Shown: one piece after another, positions 27,323-38,000 of the stretch
Layout: each line of letters starts with the position of its first letter
How positions within the stretch are numbered: position 1 is the first letter of the stretch
Source: a virus
DNA: 64,000 nucleotides
Strand: one strand, 5' to 3'
IMG/VR virus record: IMGVR_UViG_3300034107_000725
Coordinates: 96,001-160,000 of that record
Program-made: the position numbers and the translations under genes
Notes under the pieces: model-generated
What the model saw: only the letters and a program-made list of their open reading frames with translations
Databases searched by the model: none
Told to the model about the DNA's origin: nothing

Positions 27323-30157
27323 ATGGCGACGTATGTTTTACCTCAGGTTCTGGTTTTCCAGGACTTCACGATTCAACCCGCTGTTGCTGCCAATCCCCTG
27401 TCTGCTCACATTGCAGGCGGTCACGCTTACCTGGTTCGCGAGAGCGAAACCAACGAACGTGAATTTGGAAACATTGGCTTGTACGACAACGCTGTCGACA
27501 ACTCAACGCTTTGGCCAAATCGCCCCGCTGGCGGCATTGTAGACCCAACCTACACAAAGCTCTTCGTCGAAAACGCACTGCTAAGATATTTCGACGACGC
27601 ACTTAGCGGCGGCGACACCATTAGCGTTGTAGGCGATTATCCTAACCGGATTGAGGCTTACAATACCATCTTTGCCACAGGCAATGGGTACAACCGTTCC
27701 AGCACTCTTTACGACCGGGACGTGCAGATTGGCGACGTGATTCGCGTTCGCGGTGTGTGCTCGGTTGGCGGCGTTGAGCATGTCCTTTGGACCTACGTCC
27801 GTGGGTTGGTCGCTAACACAGTTGCCGCAGGTATTGCCGCAGCAACTGTCGACGCAGCTAACGAAGGTACTTACAATCCTACGGCTACGGCTGTTCAGAC
27901 TGACGGGGCTTTGAACTGTGTCCACGCAACCGCAACCGGTACAAACTATGACGGTTTGCCAAGCGGACACCTTGGAGAAATTTACACGATTCGTGTAACG
28001 GACAGTTCCATCAGTGGTGACTTTACAACGGCACGCTTGCGTGTGATCTCTGGCAGTGGTACTGACGATCAAATCACAGTCACACCTGCCGCAGCAGGGG
28101 CAGAAACGACAATTGGTACTCGCGGGTTGACTGTGACCTTCCTCAAATATGGGGGTGGTAACAGCTGTTCGCTTTCCGCGGCTAACGAAGACATCTCTGC
28201 CGACGACCTGATTGCCGGGCAGGAATTCCAAGTTGCGGTGTCCCAAGATTTTGATCCGACAACAGTGACGTCCAACACTGGTGGTACTTACACTGGAAGT
28301 AACGACACTACGTACATCATAAAGGTTACCAAAGGCGGCAAGTTCGCTGGCGGTGCTCCTGAGATCACAGTCACCACCACCAACGGTGTAGACCAGAGCG
28401 GTCCTCACATCGTTACAGGTACTGGTTCTGCAATCGCCATCGGTACCCAAGGCGTCACCATTACGTTTGGTACTTCTGCGGGTCTCGCCCTAGGCGATCG
28501 TTTCTACATTGGCGTGACAAGCGTTACGGCTGCCGAAATCAACACCATAGTGCTAGGTCACAACCTAGACCCAGATTTCATAGACGGTGATGAAGTCAGC
28601 GTCGAGCTTTACATCCGCAAACCTTTGCTGGAAGTAACAGCTAACCGTACTGGTATGGCTCCGTTAACCAACTGGGAACAGTCGGAAACCGAGATCACTG
28701 TCAAGTCCGGTATCGTTGCTTACGACGCCAGTTGGACCGACGAAGGCCAACCACTGCCGCTGGATGTTTACTCCTCCGCGACTCTGGACTACGGTAACCT
28801 GTATGTTCAGTATCGTGCCTGGTTGCCAACACTGGCCAGTCAAGTCAACAGCATCATCGACGTCGCAACCATTGACGATATCTCCGGTGCTCTCACACCT
28901 GACAACCCGCTGAAGTGGGGCGTGTTCAAGGCTCTCACCAACAGCAACGGCACTCCTGTGCTTTACACAGCTGTGCTCAATCCTGACGACGTCAACACCT
29001 GGGACGAAGTGCTTGAAGTCCTGCTGTCTCGCGACGACGCTTATGGTTTGGTACCACTGACCCGTAATCCAACGGTGATTGGGCTGTACCAGGCTCACGT
29101 GAACAGCTGCTCGTCTCCAACTGAAGGTCTGTGGCGTGTGGCCTGGGTTAACCTGAAGGGTATTCCGGAAATTCCGGTAGTGTCTGCAGGTTCTACCGTG
29201 GCTAACCACTTGATCGCAACAACCACGGACGGACAAGTAGCCTTGGCCGTGTTTGAAGACGACCCACAAACCACCGGTTCACAGTACACCATCTGTCGTG
29301 TACCTACGGCCAACGTCAACTTCCTGACAAACGATGTCATCCCTGGTGACATTGTGCGTGCTCTTTACACCGGCGATGGTTTTGGTAACTACACCTACAG
29401 CGAATTCGTTGTAGATGAAGTGCAGTCAGAAAACCAACTTCGGGTTAAGACTGGCCCAGATGCTCCACAAAGCATTCCGGCAAAGATTGAGATCTGGCGT
29501 AACCTGTCAGCAACTCAAGAAGCCATTGAAATTGGTCAGACTGCTGGTGCTTACTCTAACCGGCGTGTTCGTGCCACCTGGCCCGACCTGATCGAATCTG
29601 ACGGCCTTGTTCAAGAAGGTTACTTCCTGAACGCTGCCTTGGCTGGGCTATCCTCTGGTGTGCTGCCACAACAAGGTTTGACCCACCTGTCCATCTCGGG
29701 CTTCTCCAGTACACAGCGTACGAACGATAAGTTCAACCGCCCACAACTGAATCAAATGGCTCTGGATGGCGTCTGGATTGTAGAGCAAACCATCTCAGGT
29801 CAGATCTACACCCGACACGCTCTGACCACTGGCGTCTACAGTGACATCAACCAACGTGAAGAAATGCTGACCCGTAACGTGGACAGCATCAGCTACCGCT
29901 TCAAGGATTTCTTTGCCCCATACATTGGTGTTACCAACGTGACTCCAAGCATGGAAGCTCAAATTCGTCTAGGATTAGGTGCATTGATTTCCACTCTGCA
30001 AATTGAGCGTTACACTCAAAATTTGGGTGGTCAGCTTATCGGTGCTACAGTCGAGCGGTTCTCTGTTTCCGCAATATTTAAAGATCGTTACGTTGCCTTC
30101 ATTAACTTGCAGGTTCCGTACGCTCTAAACAACATCGAACTACACCTCGTAGTCTGA
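27323..30157 (+). CDS. Contractile tail sheath protein (944 aa, with large beta-rich insertion domains)
   Basis: N-terminal YVLPQVLV; C-terminal sheath core (AALAGLSSG..PQQGLT, REEMLTRNVDSISY..K, YIGVTNVT, VPYALNNIELHLVV); GGAGG RBS. Confidence 0.9.
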   Translation: MATYVLPQVLVFQDFTIQPAVAANPLSAHIAGGHAYLVRESETNEREFGNIGLYDNAVDNSTLWPNRPAGGIVDPTYTKLFVENALLRYFDDALSGGDTISVVGDYPNRIEAYNTIFATGNGYNRSSTLYDRDVQIGDVIRVRGVCSVGGVEHVLWTYVRGLVANTVAAGIAAATVDAANEGTYNPTATAVQTDGALNCVHATATGTNYDGLPSGHLGEIYTIRVTDSSISGDFTTARLRVISGSGTDDQITVTPAAAGAETTIGTRGLTVTFLKYGGGNSCSLSAANEDISADDLIAGQEFQVAVSQDFDPTTVTSNTGGTYTGSNDTTYIIKVTKGGKFAGGAPEITVTTTNGVDQSGPHIVTGTGSAIAIGTQGVTITFGTSAGLALGDRFYIGVTSVTAAEINTIVLGHNLDPDFIDGDEVSVELYIRKPLLEVTANRTGMAPLTNWEQSETEITVKSGIVAYDASWTDEGQPLPLDVYSSATLDYGNLYVQYRAWLPTLASQVNSIIDVATIDDISGALTPDNPLKWGVFKALTNSNGTPVLYTAVLNPDDVNTWDEVLEVLLSRDDAYGLVPLTRNPTVIGLYQAHVNSCSSPTEGLWRVAWVNLKGIPEIPVVSAGSTVANHLIATTTDGQVALAVFEDDPQTTGSQYTICRVPTANVNFLTNDVIPGDIVRALYTGDGFGNYTYSEFVVDEVQSENQLRVKTGPDAPQSIPAKIEIWRNLSATQEAIEIGQTAGAYSNRRVRATWPDLIESDGLVQEGYFLNAALAGLSSGVLPQQGLTHLSISGFSSTQRTNDKFNRPQLNQMALDGVWIVEQTISGQIYTRHALTTGVYSDINQREEMLTRNVDSISYRFKDFFAPYIGVTNVTPSMEAQIRLGLGALISTLQIERYTQNLGGQLIGATVERFSVSAIFKDRYVAFINLQVPYALNNIELHLVV

Positions 30158-30166
30158 TGATGCCAA

Positions 30167-30192
30167 TACCCGGGGCTAGCCAGCCCCGGGTA
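30167..30192 (+). other. Perfect 11-bp hairpin between the sheath and tube genes
   Basis: TACCCGGGGCT-agcc-AGCCCCGGGTA followed by cctttcct. Confidence 0.7.
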
Positions 30193-30257
30193 CCTTTCCT
30201 TCGCGACTAAACGTCACGGGTGGCATCGTGACTTTCCTGAATCAAGGAGTGATTCCA

Positions 30258-30734
30258 ATGGCAGGTGTATACGCAAAGCAAGACACACAGCACCTCGGTT
30301 CCTTTTCTTCAGACAGTGCAGTACTGACTGTAGACAAAGTCAAACTAGGTATTGTGCAAAATGCTCAAGTTCAATTTGCACAATCAATTGCCCGCGTTTA
30401 TGACGTCGGCAACGGCGGAGGCCAGGCTGCCAAAGGCAGTGTACCTGTCTGGTACGTCGGTGGTCGTACTCAAGGGCAGGCCACGCTTGCTCGTATTCTA
30501 GGACCGCAAGGCGATGCCCTAGCAGGCTTCTACCTAGCAATAGGTGATGTCTGTGCTCCACAAGACCTGACCTTTACGTTCAAAGCAGGTTGTTCTGGTG
30601 CGGGAACTTCTAAAGACACAGTTTACACCCTTAAAGCGGCTGTAGCGGTGAATATTGGGATCTCCGTCAGTGCTCAAGACATGATCGTGAACGAAAACGT
30701 ATCACTCATGTTTGCTAATCTTGACTTGACCTGA
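30258..30734 (+). CDS. Tail tube protein
   Basis: 158 aa from ATG 30258 (AAGGAG RBS); follows the sheath gene; LGIVQNAQVQFAQSIARVYDVG...GGRTQGQATLARI tube-like pattern. Confidence 0.8.
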   Translation: MAGVYAKQDTQHLGSFSSDSAVLTVDKVKLGIVQNAQVQFAQSIARVYDVGNGGGQAAKGSVPVWYVGGRTQGQATLARILGPQGDALAGFYLAIGDVCAPQDLTFTFKAGCSGAGTSKDTVYTLKAAVAVNIGISVSAQDMIVNENVSLMFANLDLT

Positions 30735-30753
30735 TAAAGTTACTGCCACTAAT

Positions 30754-30777
30754 AAATCCGGCTTTAATTCCGGATTT
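30754..30777. promoter_or_regulatory. Tandem AAATCCGGCTTT / AATTCCGGATTT, intergenic
   Basis: Between the tube stop codon and the terminator; one exact and one single-mismatch copy. Confidence 0.5.
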
Positions 30778-30782
30778 TAACG

Positions 30783-30817
30783 AGGCTGGCCCGTCCTATT
30801 CCGGGCCAGCCTTTTTT
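30783..30817 (+). terminator. Intrinsic (rho-independent) terminator
   Basis: AGGCTGGCCCG-tcctattc-CGGGCCAGCCT followed by TTTTT. Confidence 0.9.
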
Positions 30818-30856
30818 CGAGCCTCGGCTCCAAACGCACCGTAAGGTGAGATATAT

Positions 30857-33637
30857 ATGATTCTGCCTCCTAATGCGGACAGCAAGCCTGCGGTTTATAA
30901 CGAACGCAGTACGGGTATCAGCTACGGCGATACCGGGTTAATTTCCGACATTCAGGCGATACAAGAATCGCAGCATCTTTGGATGCAACAACAAGACGGT
31001 CGTCAAGGTAGTGACACCAAGCAGACGGCAGTCAACCAATCTAATACTTTAGCCGACGACACACCGTTACGGGTCGGTCGTGTTTTGTTAGCTATGCCTT
31101 ACGTGCATTGTTATAAAGTTCAGCTTAGCGGTCGCCAAGGTACTTGTATTGCCACAGCCACAGCACGAGCATCCCATTCTCCGTTAGGTGTTCGTAGTGG
31201 TGATGTTATTCCACCCAACTCAAACGTGTTGTTGTGGAAACCACAAGCCTCGCAGATGGCCTACATTATTGCCGTACTGCCGATGGCCACGATGCACGAC
31301 AACTTCAACGCTTCTGACTTTATTCAACAGGGCGGTAACTCAGGTCCTAAGAAGATTGAAGCCTATCGAAATATTCCTAGAACCGCCACGATGGCCCATG
31401 GTTGGGTACCGCAGTCCTGTGGGCGACCTATGGACGGTACGATTGGCGAATACGTTCGCATGTCCGAGACCGGGATTGGTCTGCTGATTGATTCGTTCCA
31501 GACCTACCTTCGAGTTAATGAAGTCTGTGGTCTCTGGCTTAACTACTTTGACAACTATGCCAAGCTGGCCGGACTGTCTTTGAATATCATGTCGTACTGC
31601 GAGCACAACTTGCAGTACTACGACGAAGGCGAACTGTTCTCCGTGAAGGGGTACGCCACGTATCCCTGGGAATCCACTGGCATGTATGCGTCCGGTGAGA
31701 AGTTTTCAAAGACGAATTCTGCCGAATCTGTGCAGTTGGACAAGCAGTTTCCATTTGCGTTAGAAGATATCGAAGATCAAAGCCAGACACCGGTGTACCG
31801 TTTGACGGATTACACAGGCTACATGGGTCAAGGTTTCAACCGCACGTTGATGAAACCTGCCAAGGATTCTGGCAAGCGACTCATGACGCAGGCGGAAGCG
31901 GATAAGGATGTAGGGCTGTTTCAAGAGCTGTTGTCTTTAGACGGCGGTTACTCGATACGTTCAGCCAAGCAGGTAACGATTGCCAAGTATCCGTTGATCC
32001 CTAATCCACGTCGCAAACGATTAGTCGAAGACGCGTTGGGTGACGACTTAACCGAGTCTAACGACTACAAGTTTAGTGGCAAATTTGGGGAAGGCGAAGA
32101 ACACAAAGTTCTGGAATGGCAAGACGATAGCGTTGTCGATCTGCCTAACATGCTGCGTCCGACGGGCGTGTTGGATATGATTACCCGCCACTACAACTGG
32201 AAATCCACACATCCGTTTCACTATCACCGTAAGGACTATCACTATCCAGAAGAAGGCGATAGTAATAGCCCTTTAACGCAGGTTAGATTTTATCGCGGTA
32301 CGATGGGTAAAGCATACGAAACTGTGGAACCGGTGCAGCTTAAGATTGATGACCGTTACAAGGATGTGAATTACTACAACACCGCGTCATTTTTCAGCCT
32401 GGCCGAAGACGGCAGCGTGGTTATCGGTGACGGCTACGGCTCTCAAATCTTAATGGGCGGCGGGCAAATTCGACTGGAGACGGGTGGCGACATCATGCTG
32501 ATGTCAGGAGCTCGTGTGGTTACGTTAGCCAAAGAAGCTATTATCCGGGCTAAGAACAGTGTAGATATCTCATCAAGCGACAAAGACGTTCGCATCAAAT
32601 CAGAGCGTAATATGCAGTTGCTGGCAGGTAACAGCGGCTATGGCGGCATGTTACTAGAGTCCAAAGGGCAGGGAGCGTATCAACTCTATGACGGTAAAAT
32701 AGGTGAAGAGGTTGATGCAACCGGAATTACTTTGCTTAGCCGCGGTGGCTCAATAAACGCCATGACCAAGACTATGTACCTGAGAACGGGCGTAGACGAG
32801 AACAAAGCAGACAGTACAGGAGATCTAATTATTGACTGTGCTAATGGCCGATCAAACGTGGTGACTTATGCCCTTTCCAACATTTTCTTCAATTCACAAG
32901 GTATGGGGATCTGGCATTCGCCTGTAGGGCAAGACTCCATTACGATTGATCAATCACACTTCTTTGGGCCAAACTACTCCAAGATTCACGGACCGATGGT
33001 GATCGATGAAACGGTTTGTATCGTGAAGGGCGGTAGCCTGGGTGTAGACGGCAGTATCCTGGCAACAAGTGACATCATCGCGTTGAAGTACATGGGATGT
33101 CGTAAGGGTCTTATGGGATTGGGCGACAGTTCAACCAACGGGATTCCGGAAGCCGTATACAAGTTTATCGAAGACTTCACAACCTTTTCAAACGATCTGA
33201 CCGCGGTCGGCGAGCCAGTCATAGCTGCTTTCTATACCGATAATGTTTGGGCAGCTTTTCAGCCCGGCAACACCGACCTGCTGGAAGACCAGATTGGATT
33301 TTCGTATCGAGATCGCGATACCTACGATTACGAACCAGGTAACTTCTTCTTACTGGAAAGCCGCTGGCAGCAGATGGAACGCATGGGACTCATAGCCGGA
33401 TCAGGTGAAACCTGGACGGAACAGTTTGTCTCGTATCAGGGGCGTGAACTTTATCCTTGGCCGGGCAAAATCAATTGGAAGACTGAGCCCACCTTTTTAG
33501 GGTATAGTGCAGAGGATCGATTCAAACTATTTGAAAACGATCGAGCACGCCCGCGTGAAGCGTCTCAATCTGACTACGAGCAGCCACGGTTTGAAGACTG
33601 GAAAAAACGTGTCTGCGATGGTAACTACAGCCTTTAA
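30857..33637 (+). CDS. Baseplate central spike-like protein (gp5/gpV/VgrG-like, 926 aa)
   Basis: N-terminal OB-fold-like segment (LRVGRVLLAMPYVHCYKVQL..IPPNSNVLLW); beta-helix-like repeats (SFFSLAEDGSVVIGDGYGSQILMGGGQIRLETGGDIMLMSG). Confidence 0.65.
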   Translation: MILPPNADSKPAVYNERSTGISYGDTGLISDIQAIQESQHLWMQQQDGRQGSDTKQTAVNQSNTLADDTPLRVGRVLLAMPYVHCYKVQLSGRQGTCIATATARASHSPLGVRSGDVIPPNSNVLLWKPQASQMAYIIAVLPMATMHDNFNASDFIQQGGNSGPKKIEAYRNIPRTATMAHGWVPQSCGRPMDGTIGEYVRMSETGIGLLIDSFQTYLRVNEVCGLWLNYFDNYAKLAGLSLNIMSYCEHNLQYYDEGELFSVKGYATYPWESTGMYASGEKFSKTNSAESVQLDKQFPFALEDIEDQSQTPVYRLTDYTGYMGQGFNRTLMKPAKDSGKRLMTQAEADKDVGLFQELLSLDGGYSIRSAKQVTIAKYPLIPNPRRKRLVEDALGDDLTESNDYKFSGKFGEGEEHKVLEWQDDSVVDLPNMLRPTGVLDMITRHYNWKSTHPFHYHRKDYHYPEEGDSNSPLTQVRFYRGTMGKAYETVEPVQLKIDDRYKDVNYYNTASFFSLAEDGSVVIGDGYGSQILMGGGQIRLETGGDIMLMSGARVVTLAKEAIIRAKNSVDISSSDKDVRIKSERNMQLLAGNSGYGGMLLESKGQGAYQLYDGKIGEEVDATGITLLSRGGSINAMTKTMYLRTGVDENKADSTGDLIIDCANGRSNVVTYALSNIFFNSQGMGIWHSPVGQDSITIDQSHFFGPNYSKIHGPMVIDETVCIVKGGSLGVDGSILATSDIIALKYMGCRKGLMGLGDSSTNGIPEAVYKFIEDFTTFSNDLTAVGEPVIAAFYTDNVWAAFQPGNTDLLEDQIGFSYRDRDTYDYEPGNFFLLESRWQQMERMGLIAGSGETWTEQFVSYQGRELYPWPGKINWKTEPTFLGYSAEDRFKLFENDRARPREASQSDYEQPRFEDWKKRVCDGNYSL

Positions 33638-33646
33638 GGAATCCTG

Positions 33647-34567
33647 ATGCTCGACCCAGCTAAACTCTCAATTGAAGAGAAAAAACTACTCGAAGAAATT
33701 GCCAAGTCCAAGGGGCAGACGATAGAGGAAACTCTGGTTGACCTCGGTTACGGTACTACCCCTGCCCCGGTAGTGACACTTGAAGGTCCGGCAGTGGTAG
33801 AACCTGTTTTGACGCTAATGCCTGCACCAGAATTAACTCCAGCTGCGGAAATTCCAACACAGCCGGAGTTTAATCCTCAAGTCGTTCCTGACTTTGATCC
33901 ACCCCCTGCCGATGAGCCCGCGGCACCCCCATTTGCAGACGATCCGGAAGTCGTAGCAGACAGCACAGTAGGCTCGCTTAAGCAGATTTGCGTGCAATGC
34001 GGTTGGGATCAAGACGTGCCTACGATTCCAGAACCAGAGTATCAGGATAAAATTGCCTTCCTGCATTGCGTGTTAGGGCACAAAGTCTTCAGCAAGAAGT
34101 ACGCACTGTTTGGTAACAACCTAAAAGCCACATTCCGGACGCTGACGATTCGTGAAATCGACATGCTGTATCAGGAAACTTTTAAAGCCCAGAAACTGGG
34201 TTTGATTCAAACTACCGCGGACTACTACGAATACTTAAACCGCCAAAGACTGTACTTGCAGTTGGTTGGTTTGGTGTCACAGCAGACTGCCATGCATATC
34301 AGGTTGCCGGATGGTTTGGACCGCTCTACTCATCCCGATGCCGATCTCTACTGGGAAGACTTCTTGCGAAGCGAAAACGCGTACAAGGAAGATGGCGGGT
34401 CTCTGCTGATGCAGATCCAAGACTACGTCATCGCAAAAGTCTTGCGTACAGAACATCTTCAGCGAGCCGTGACACACACCTGTAACAAGTTCAATCGACT
34501 TGTTGCTAAGCTGGAATCATGTGTAGACGACCCAAATTTTTGGAACGAGACCGAGCCGCAGTCCTGA
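33647..34567 (+). CDS. Tail assembly chaperone (G-like)
   Basis: Upstream of the tape measure; acidic Pro-rich N-terminus, CVQCGW, FRTLTIREID motif; ends in a slippery sequence. Confidence 0.65.
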   Translation: MLDPAKLSIEEKKLLEEIAKSKGQTIEETLVDLGYGTTPAPVVTLEGPAVVEPVLTLMPAPELTPAAEIPTQPEFNPQVVPDFDPPPADEPAAPPFADDPEVVADSTVGSLKQICVQCGWDQDVPTIPEPEYQDKIAFLHCVLGHKVFSKKYALFGNNLKATFRTLTIREIDMLYQETFKAQKLGLIQTTADYYEYLNRQRLYLQLVGLVSQQTAMHIRLPDGLDRSTHPDADLYWEDFLRSENAYKEDGGSLLMQIQDYVIAKVLRTEHLQRAVTHTCNKFNRLVAKLESCVDDPNFWNETEPQS

Positions 34568-35073
34568 CACTGAGAGCGGCTGTGCAAGGAGTGGTCGATT
34601 ACCGCAAGGCCGACCCGCACAATCCGATCTGGTGGAAGCACTGGAGATACCTGGTTAAGGCTATGGACGAGAAAGCTCATGAAACGCTACTCCACCATGC
34701 CTTGGAATTCCAGCTGGCTTTGGTCTCCAATTCACGTATCTCATCTGATGATTTTACCAAAGTACAACGCGAGGCAAAGGAACTGTTCGGCGACATCGAA
34801 GGCAGCTTGAGGCCTTGGCTTGGGCGAACCAAACAAGATCGCCAGACAAGGGATGTTGAAGATTTTCGAGCAATGTGGAAAGAAGCCGCTGGATTTGATC
34901 TTGATGACGTCGAGGCACGGGAAGCCTGGGAAGATCAGGTCAGGGGCTTGGTAAACGACAGTACGGTAAAACGCGAGGCTAGAGAACACGAAGAGCAGGA
35001 AAAGGAACGCAAGTTCGCGGCTACGATTGAAGCTATACGACAGAAACGACTCCGACAGCAAGGACGCAAGTAA
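34519..35073 (+). CDS. Tail assembly chaperone extension (T-like, probably expressed as a frameshift fusion)
   Basis: -1 frame relative to the upstream gene, opens after TAA 34507-34509; TAATG overlap with the tape measure gene. Confidence 0.7.
   Translation: MCRRPKFLERDRAAVLTLRAAVQGVVDYRKADPHNPIWWKHWRYLVKAMDEKAHETLLHHALEFQLALVSNSRISSDDFTKVQREAKELFGDIEGSLRPWLGRTKQDRQTRDVEDFRAMWKEAAGFDLDDVEAREAWEDQVRGLVNDSTVKREAREHEEQEKERKFAATIEAIRQKRLRQQGRK
34531..34541 (+). other. Programmed -1 ribosomal frameshift site (C CCA AAT TTT T)
   Basis: Two overlapping in-frame X XXY YYZ heptamers (CCCAAAT, AAATTTT) lie in the overlap of 33647..34567 with the -1 frame ORF that ends at 35073. Confidence 0.75.
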
Positions 35074-38000
35074 TGGAAATGGATCCGAATCAGCTATACA
35101 TGATGCAGGACTTGGCCCCGGAGCTGATACACGCAGTTCCTGGCATGCTTTCAGCAGGCAGCCGGGGCGGAGCTCAACGCTTGTCGGCTCTTTCGGATCC
35201 CTCCAATCCGACTTATGCTTCACCTATGGCAGGAACCCCTGTTCCAGATTTGTCGCCCATGGCTCCGCTTGGGTTGCAGAATTTTGGTATTGGCGGGCAG
35301 CTTGCGGGCATGGCTGGCAACCTATATCTGGCACAGACAATGACCCAGTCAGGGTCACTTCCGACTGGAAATTCCGGTTCCTATATGCAGGCGTACAGGA
35401 ACCGTAACCTTCAAAACCAACAAGCTCAGTTAGCGTCAAAAGTGGCGTCGCAGGATGCGGAAAGCTATTACCGCACGCTGCGTGGTGCTGCGGCTATGGT
35501 GGGGTTACCGTTCAACCAGGCACAACAACAAGCTGCTCGAGGTTTTGCTCAAACTATCGCCAATGCAGGCCCTACACTGGCCGCTGTCGCTCCTGAACTT
35601 ATGGACGCCATGACAGGAGAGCGTGGCAGCGTTCAGGCAATGGCCTCACAGATGATGGACGCGAATCGCTACAAGCTAGACCCTGTCTCTGGAAAAATGG
35701 GTTATGCGGTTTCAGCCAATGCAGATCTGGTCAACAACGTGTTTCAAAACATGTTCACTGAAGACTCCACAGCTCAACGTCAGGGTATACGTGCCGGAGA
35801 TATCGGTCAGCTTTACAAAGGCTTAGCTGCGGAGGGTTTGGCAGGACCTCGTGGCAGTATGCGAGATCGTACGATTCAGGCATTACAAGAGGCTCGACAG
35901 GAAGGCGTAGACCTGCAAAAGGTTGGAGCTGCTCAGGGTATTGGTGTGGGAGCCAATATGAACCTGGAGTCTCTGTCTAACATGGATTTGACTTCTTTAC
36001 GCCAAGATAAAGGAGTACAGGCTCGCTTATCAAAATCAGACGCTAAGCAGGTTTCAGATCAGTTGAGTGGTTATGTCAGTTCACTTTCCGCAATGCGTGA
36101 AGTGTTTGGGGAGAATGGTGATCCCAATGCCCCTGTTCCTAAACTGATCAACGCGTTGAAGGGCTTAACCTCAGGTCAGATGCAGCGGTTTGACCCAGCA
36201 CAACTTAACACAATGGTGAGGGACATGCAGGCATTGTCCCAGGTATCTGGTAAAAGCGTTGACCAGCTGTTGGCCATGACGGAAACAGCCAACGCACTTA
36301 ATACTCGGATGCTACGTGGTAACGGTGTCAGCTTTAACCCTACGTCAACGAACGTGGGCGTAACTACCGGAATGGCGTTTGCCCAAGAAGGCGGGGCTAC
36401 TGGCTTTGGTGCTCTAAACCGAGAGCAAGCCGAACAGTCGGCTATGGGGCTATTCAGCCGCGGGTTGGCTTCTGAGATGGGCAATGCGATGGGAACTTTG
36501 ACCCGCATTGAAAAGGCAGGGGGTTTTGCCGACAACCAGGCCGGACGTCAGATGAAGGCGGCCATGGACGCAGCAGATGCCGGAGCTAAAACATACGCGT
36601 TTAAAGCCGATGACGGACAAACTATTACGCGAAATGTCCCAACACGTGAGATGGAATTCATGTCGATGGCTCGTAACGGAGCTGTCAGCGGTATGGATGC
36701 CTCTGGGTTTAGTATGATGCTAGGTGATCGAACTTCAAATCTGCGGGCTCTTTCTACCAACCCAGAACGACAACAGGCAGCTATGCGGCAGCAAGGTTTT
36801 GAGATTGACCGCGAGATTGCTCGCGTTGCAGGCAATCGCCTTGGATCAGATCAGGCTCTGATGTCGGGGATTGCGGATCCTCGACTGCGAGCAGAGGCAG
36901 GTATGGCGATGGGACAAGCTGCAACCAACGCCTTAACCAGCTTGGATATGACTCAGCTACAGAGCGACCCGGCCCGTAATCGGGCAATTGCAGATGCTTT
37001 GAAGGTTGAAGCATCCAACCAGGGTGTCGTGCTGGATGACAAAGCCGCACTGACGATGGCCGCTGGAGTTTTTGGGCAAGCGGAAACAACAGTACGACGT
37101 TTTGGTTTTGATGCTTTTACGGCAAAACAACAGGTCTTAGGTCAAGGGGTTTCGGAAAGCCGAGACTCACAACAAGCTGTAGCTTCTGCTCGTGCAGGAC
37201 TAAACCAAGCCATGTCTGGCCTTGGCCCTAAGGGCAGTCCGCTGGCTCGTGTGTTGTCTGCGTTACAGAAACAAGGCGACCGGGGTGCCGATGCAAACAT
37301 CAGTACGATGCTTGGGGATATATTTGCAGGCAGTGCAGACATGGACGCCACCACACTGAGTGGCCCTATCAAAGAAGTTCAGGCACGTAAGGTGGCTGTT
37401 GAAGAGCTGACTGGTCGCTTAAACGGAGCTACGCCGGAGCAACGTCAACAGTTGCAGGCTCAAATCAAAGATCAGGTTGGGATGTTAGACAAAGCCGTAC
37501 AGGCAACGCTCAAAGCAGCAGAGCCCATGGGGCTGGTCGGACAGGAAGGCACGTTTAACAAAGAAGATTTAATTCGAGGGCAGCAGGCAACAAGAGAGAT
37601 GGGACACATTAACAGAATGTCTCAGGTACAGACTTTGGCACTCTCTAGTACCGTTACGGATGTTGATCGCCAAGCCGCGAGTGCTACAACATTAAATCAA
37701 CGAGACTTGCAGGCGGTAGCCTCAAGGCTGGCTCAGCTTAAAGGTGACCAGATTGACGCAACGTCGTTTGACAAATTGCTGAAAGAAAATGAAGATGCCC
37801 AGGAACATTACGATCAACTGGTTAAAGAGGTAGGTGTAGTCCCAGCAGAAGCAGAGAAGATAGTGCGACAAAACCTACGCAACGAGATGGATACACCGGA
37901 TGCCGAGGATTTGAAAGAACTTTACGGTGACCAGATGACGTTAGGTAAGCTGGATACAGCGACACAGGACGCGGTCATCCGAGCTCGTCGCACTGCCCTT

